64,000 bases of DNA from Chrysomallon squamiferum. Its lineage: Eukaryota; Animalia; Mollusca. The DNA lies in the NCBI GenBank assembly GCA_012295275.1, contig CM022679.1, positions 3,596,001-3,660,000 on the forward strand, in the 5' to 3' direction. The notes beneath the pieces are model-generated. The model saw only the letters and a program-made list of their open reading frames with translations, did not search any database and was not told the DNA's origin. The translations under genes were made by a program, and so were the position numbers. This document shows, piece by piece, positions 58,140-64,000 of the stretch (positions within the stretch are counted from its first letter, which is position 1; each line of letters begins with the position of its first letter).

Positions 58140-60139
58140 GAGAACATAGATATAGAATTACATTTTTCTCGTATTAGAAGTGTTAAAAAAATGTTTTTTT
58201 TTTTTTTTTTAACCCCTTAATGATTATTAGAAATGTATTTCTGTTCAGAAAATTACCTGGAGATCGAATTACAAATGAGCAGTAACAGTCCCTGAAAGAA
58301 GTCCTAATTGTAGAAATATAATTAGCAACAACATTAATAAGAAACAAAACCCACGTAATGCATATGTCATATTCGCAATATGACACCAGCTGCTATTTGT
58401 GTCTCTCATCGCCATTTCTTCTATTGTTCCGAGATGTTTCGAAACTAATGAATTTTAAAAGAAAAAGTACAGTATCGTGTATTAAATCCAATTATTTCTT
58501 GCGGTAATTTTACATACACACACATACATACATACAAACACACATGCATACGTACATACATACATATATACATACATACATACACTCATACATACATACG
58601 TACATACACACACACACACATACATACATACATACATACATACATACATACATACATACATACATACATACATACATACATACATACATACATACATACA
58701 TACATAAATGCAGGTAAAGGATATTCTAGAATAGGGTAAACAAATAAACATTATCACCTGATAAAGAACTGCTCTGTAATATTGTGATACTGCCACGTGG
58801 CCTAAATTATGTTTCTTTTCAACCTGCATTTTTGTTACCCTATCAAGCTTAGTTAATAACAAAACAAAGATTATCTAGCGTGTAAGAATACGTCGTTGCT
58901 TATATTTTAGTTTTCTTATGCTATCATGTACAGACAGTGGTCATTTTACAATATCTTTCTCTGCCAGTTAATTTTTATTTGATTTAAATGTTTGATCTAT
59001 AACGACACAAAATAAGATTTGTCAAAGTTTATTATGAGCAAAGGTTTTGACAGTTTTTAATTAAAACACTGACCATATATATATAATATCGTAGTTTTCT
59101 TTTAAAGCAGGAAACGGGAACCAAATCCTGAAAATTAACGTACTTTTCATTATTATTAAGCCATTTTTTATAAAAACACGGCAAAATCGTTATAACCGCT
59201 TTGAATTTTTTTTTTTTCTCTTTTTCCTCTTTTAAATCCATTAAGCTTTAATCTTCAACTGTATTGAAAATGGAATTTAATTTCACTGCAGTAGGTTAAT
59301 AAGATTACTATGAGCCTCAAGCCACATTTGTTCTCTTTGTGTACACTTTTCATCATGTTCATCTGACTCGCTGAGAATTCTTGTAGATGCGTACTTCACT
59401 CACTACGACTAAAACAGACCCTGAACCACGTGCAAAGAACTAATACAGATACGACACTGACATTATTGTGCTGGGTCCCGGCAAATGCAAATAAGTTTGT
59501 GCTTTATAATACTCAGTGTTCAACAGACCATGCAGTAGCGCTCCTTGTTATCTTTTACACGCCAGGAAAAACAAAAATAATCTTTACAATGTTTTATTTG
59601 ATAAGGATCGAAATCCTATTTCACTGCCAAGTGGATAACATTATGGATAGGATCCTGATCTACTAAACTGTTCGTTGTAAACGATGCAAATGATAAAATT
59701 CCCTTTGATTTCCTTTCAGCTGAGATGATAATTATAAACAAAGAGACAAGCCAGGATTATCTTCCCATTGATTGCACATCCTACTTATCACACATCTTAT
59801 AACAACAGTCACATGACACAAGAATAATATGAATTGTTATATTATATTTAGTAAATGTGAACGATACATGCAGCACTAGGGCATACGTTATAGTATTACA
59901 GCACTTGCCAGTGCGTAAACGTGTTCAGCCAGTGACTGTTTCACTAATGTAATTAGTCCCTAAGGGGACTGTGTAACATTTTGGACGTGTAACAAATGGG
60001 AGACAGCCAAGCCAGGTGGTGGTCTACGAGATTTGGACAGTTTGTTAAGTGAAAAAAGAAATAATCTTTTATTTATTTATTCATTCATTCGTTCATTTAT
60101 AAATTATTTTATTTTATTATTTTATTTATTAATTTAATA

Positions 60140-60177
<38 letters not shown>

Positions 60178-61087
60178 GGGCCTATTATGTTATTATGTTA
60201 TTACTGTTGTCAGTTTTATACGTAATAATGTATTCAAGCATTCATCAAAGCATTCAGCAGTATCTATTTTCACCTCAATTTTCAGATCGTTGGAATGTCA
60301 CAGAATGAGACAGACACGAACACAGACAGACATATGTCAATCAGCGCCCTCTGCCTAATGACCAGAAGTAATTATACATGTTCTTCTGTCCTCTGAGCTG
60401 TTCTCTTTCATTTCATTTCGAGCATAACGTTGTTGAGCATGCGAACACTCTTTAAATCGCCTCAATGCCCTTTACGTGAGTGAGAGCAGTCACAGTTTAA
60501 CACAAATATGAAAAATTCATTACTGCGATTCCTGAAAAGCCAGCGGCCATTTCGTGTTTACCGAGATGCATTATATTAATTATTCCCGTGAATACGTCTT
60601 AAAAGAGTTCACGCACGCTGGATTGGACGTGTGCGTGAGCAGAGTAAATCGTCTGGCCAAATATAACAGATTGTATTAGTTAAACCGACAGTGTTGTCAG
60701 ACTTTTTTAATTTATTTTTATTTTTTTTTTTTTTTTAACAGAAATGTCGATTTTATGATAGCAACTGCATATTATGGTCTATGATGCTCCGATCACAACG
60801 ACAATTGATTTATGAAATAAATTATTCGACTGGCAAAAAGCACTGATTAGATAAATAAATTATTTGTGATATGTGAGTGAGTACAGTTTGAGTCCGCTGA
60901 CATACAGGACTTGTCAGCGTTGTGTGTCTGTTGTTTTAAATGTTGATACTGCGTATTATGTTCAGAGTCTTTTTACATAGTGCTATTCTAAATTTTTATT
61001 TTATTTTATTTTTTATTTGTTTTATGATATTCGTAATGGTGTTTATTTTATTCAATAACTTTCATTTATTATTATTATTATTATTAT

Positions 61088-61089
<2 letters not shown>

Positions 61090-61172
<83 letters not shown>

Positions 61173-61200
61173 CGTGGTAGTAGTAGTGGTAGCAGCAGCA
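61090..61200 (+). repeat. (TAG)n/(GTA)n trinucleotide microsatellite
   Basis: Directly visible. Other tri/tetranucleotide arrays: (TATG)n 5660-5745, (TACA)n 58510-58705, (TAT)n 31050-31120, 34850-34910 and 45050-45200, (TTG)n 61840-61930. Confidence 0.9.
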
Positions 61201-61799
61201 AAATTTGTTTTAGTATTATTAGTATTAGCATTAATATTAGTATTATTTATGAAGTGATATTTTAATACAGTGTGTCTTTGCATTATCGTGTACAACATTT
61301 TGTTATCATTAGGGCGTTATCCTCTCATCTATTTCACATTCCATTTGTCACACACCTTATAACAGCAGCAGTATAGTAATCTTCCCAGTTCTTACACAGT
61401 CTATGAATTGCCTCTTGAAGAAATAAATATATTCTATAAGTCTTAACCCGGCCATGGTAGATATTTCATGTAGCTGTCTTCACTGAGTAAGGTAAACTCT
61501 TCACAGTTAGATAGGCACAGTTTTCGTTTAAAATATTTTTGTCTGCATCAAATTGTATCAGTTGTATTTTCTGTCAACTGGCTTAAATAAAAACAAAATT
61601 ATTTTTTCCGATCTCTGTCACAATTTACAAGAAGTCAAAACAAAAAACAACAAAGTTTAAACAAAGCAACTGAATACTATATATATATATATATGTAATA
61701 AACAAGTACAATGAGTACAATTATATACCTGTGCGAAATATTAAAAAAATTAGGATTTTTATTTGTGTGTGCTAAAAGATATTTTCCTCAGTTATTAAG

Positions 61800-61877
<78 letters not shown>

Positions 61878-62244
61878 GCTGTTGTTGTTGTTGTTGTTGC
61901 TGTTGTTGTTGTTGCTGTGTTGTTGTTGTTTCATTTAACAACTGAATTAAACAACAACAACAAACTTATAATACTATTCCACTACAGCTATTGTAGGTGT
62001 TTGCTTCATTAGTCAGTAAGCTGATTAAATAGCAGCTGGGTGTGACATGTGGTAGACAACCATTATGACACCAGTGTTGTGATTTGTAACCACTATAACA
62101 GAATCACGATATTTGAAATATTCACAGTGATACTTTGAATCCATATCTTATTTAACACTAATCCTGTAATATACTAACACAAACAACAAAATAGGTAGAA
62201 AGAAATATAACAATAACGTATTACATCAGGAAAGAATAGGACAA

Positions 62245-62282
<38 letters not shown>

Positions 62283-62859
62283 CAACAACAACAACAACGA
62301 CAACAATTTTCAAATCCCTTTCATGAGAAACAGTTACATTTAAAACATTATTTATTTCTAAATTTTGATCGTAGTTTCTTAAAAAAAAAAAATATATATA
62401 TATATAAAAAAAAATTATAAAAATATTAATAATGGTAATAACATCATAATTCCACTATAACTGGACGATGTCTAGTGCGTTCTATGACAAACTCAGTTAC
62501 AAAGAATTTCGGGGATTAGTGCACAATTTGAATACCACTTATTAAATTATATTTTTTTAACATTTAGAATTTATAATGTCTTACACACAAAACATGGACT
62601 GCTCACATAAAGTACACACGTACGAGAACACAAACACACACACACACACATCTTCAAAGATGCCTGAATACGCTTTATGTTCTAATACACACAAGCAAGA
62701 GATCCATAAACATAAACATTACATTCACTCTTGCACATACACAGTCAGACATATATATACTCGAGCAGCCATACAAATACATCTAATCATCCATACACAC
62801 GTCAACGCATGCATAAACACAACGCATTCAGACTCGAGCGTGTGCTATTATTCTACAGG

Positions 62860-63353
62860 TGAATTTCTATAAAGCATATGCTGCGTCAAAACATCGGTCT
62901 CCGAACTGACATTCCTTTCATCTTCAGATCAACACCGAACGGGCAAAACATGTGTTCTTTACCCTGGCCGGGTCGATGCAGTAACTTCATCAAAGTGACA
63001 AGGCCAGCAGCCTCATTACGGCCCGATAGAAAGCGAAAGCATTCAATTAAGCCGAACCAATAGGTATGGCATGCCTGATCCATTAGTCGTATTAAACGAT
63101 CGTTCTGATAGCCACGTTTAGTGCATGCACAGAAGAAGCACGATTGTCTATGAAGCCAGAGAGTTGTTTTCGTTGATCACTGCGGTCCCAGATAAGACTG
63201 ACTGATAACAATCCAGCAAGAACTTGATCTACTTTTTTTTAATTCTCTCTCTCTCTTTCTTTCTCTTTGAGAAGCGGATCGAACTGTCAGAGTAAGAGAC
63301 GGGAATTGTCGCCTGGTAGTTAGTTATTGGTGATCGAAGAAGCACTGATAAAG
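62860..63353 (+). promoter_or_regulatory. Probable promoter and first non-coding exon of a downstream gene
   Basis: Locally GC/CpG-richer unique sequence with CCAAT (~63057), TAAT-core homeobox motifs and several GATA motifs (AGATAAG ~63190, TGATAA ~63203 and ~63346). Ends at a strong donor AAG|gtaaga at 63353/63354. No convincing coding frame. Confidence 0.4.
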
Positions 63354-64000
63354 GTAAGAATGAGAATTTGTAGTGTATGTATTTATAAAATACTGAGATC
63401 ATTGTTAAAAGTTTTTATTTTTAATATTTTTTTTATTTATTGTTATTATGCGATTTATAGTGTATATCAAGATCATACAATTAATTGGAAATACTGAATA
63501 TACATTTAGCAGAAGAAAAAAGCCTTCTGTTTAAATGGATACCTTTCGAAAATAAAGTATCGATATATTATTGATTGCATGAGAATGTGCACATATACAT
63601 TATGTTCTGTGAAGTGTTTATCAGAATAGCTGTAAGGTATTTGCAAATGTATGTGCGTGTTTGTGGTTTTATTTTCGCTCGCGCGTTTCTTTTTGGATGT
63701 TCTTAATTTAATTATTTTTCACTGTTTCTCTTTAAGTATTATTTCAGTCAGTGGAAACCTGATCTCACTTCTTGTATGACAGCTGTTATTCTAACCTAGA
63801 TGGCTGTAATTTACTTCAGCGTCGCAGCTTTAAATAGATTTTTAGAGCGAAAACCATCAGAAATAATTTATTTTATTTGTGTCAATTAGACCTGACAGGT
63901 ATACACAGCGGAGTTCACTGAACTGTTTAAATAATGACGTAAAATCGAAATGTAAAAATTTCGTAAAACATCATAATACAGCTGTTGTCAGTAAACAGAC

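Overview
AT-rich, microsatellite-rich animal genomic DNA with spliced genes. It is most likely a gastropod mollusc, inferred from a ZP gene of the abalone VEZP/VERL type. Positions 1-21.6 kb and 55.3-64 kb have no convincing coding exons: they hold simple repeats, MITE/SINE relics and motif-rich non-coding patches, plus a probable first non-coding exon near 63.35 kb. Five genes were reconstructed by hand in the middle. (1) A two-exon minus-strand egg-coat-type ZP protein (24255->21749) with signal peptide, two extra VERL-repeat-like ZP-N units, Thr/Ser linker, ZP module and furin site; its transmembrane tail lies one base out of frame. (2) A secreted 3x CBM14 chitin-binding protein (26953-28787) that looks like a chitinase paralogue that lost its catalytic domain. 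(3) A GH18 chitinase with 2x CBM14 (31289-38623). (4) A GH18 chitinase with 1x CBM14 (42206-46632) and a tandem 3' splice site that could remove the CBM. (5) A Polycomb/CBX gene (48647-54059) with AT-hooks and an RG repeat encoded by G-quadruplex-prone sequence. Most ORFs in the supplied track are microsatellite artefacts. No database searches were run; family calls rest on motifs recognised by eye.
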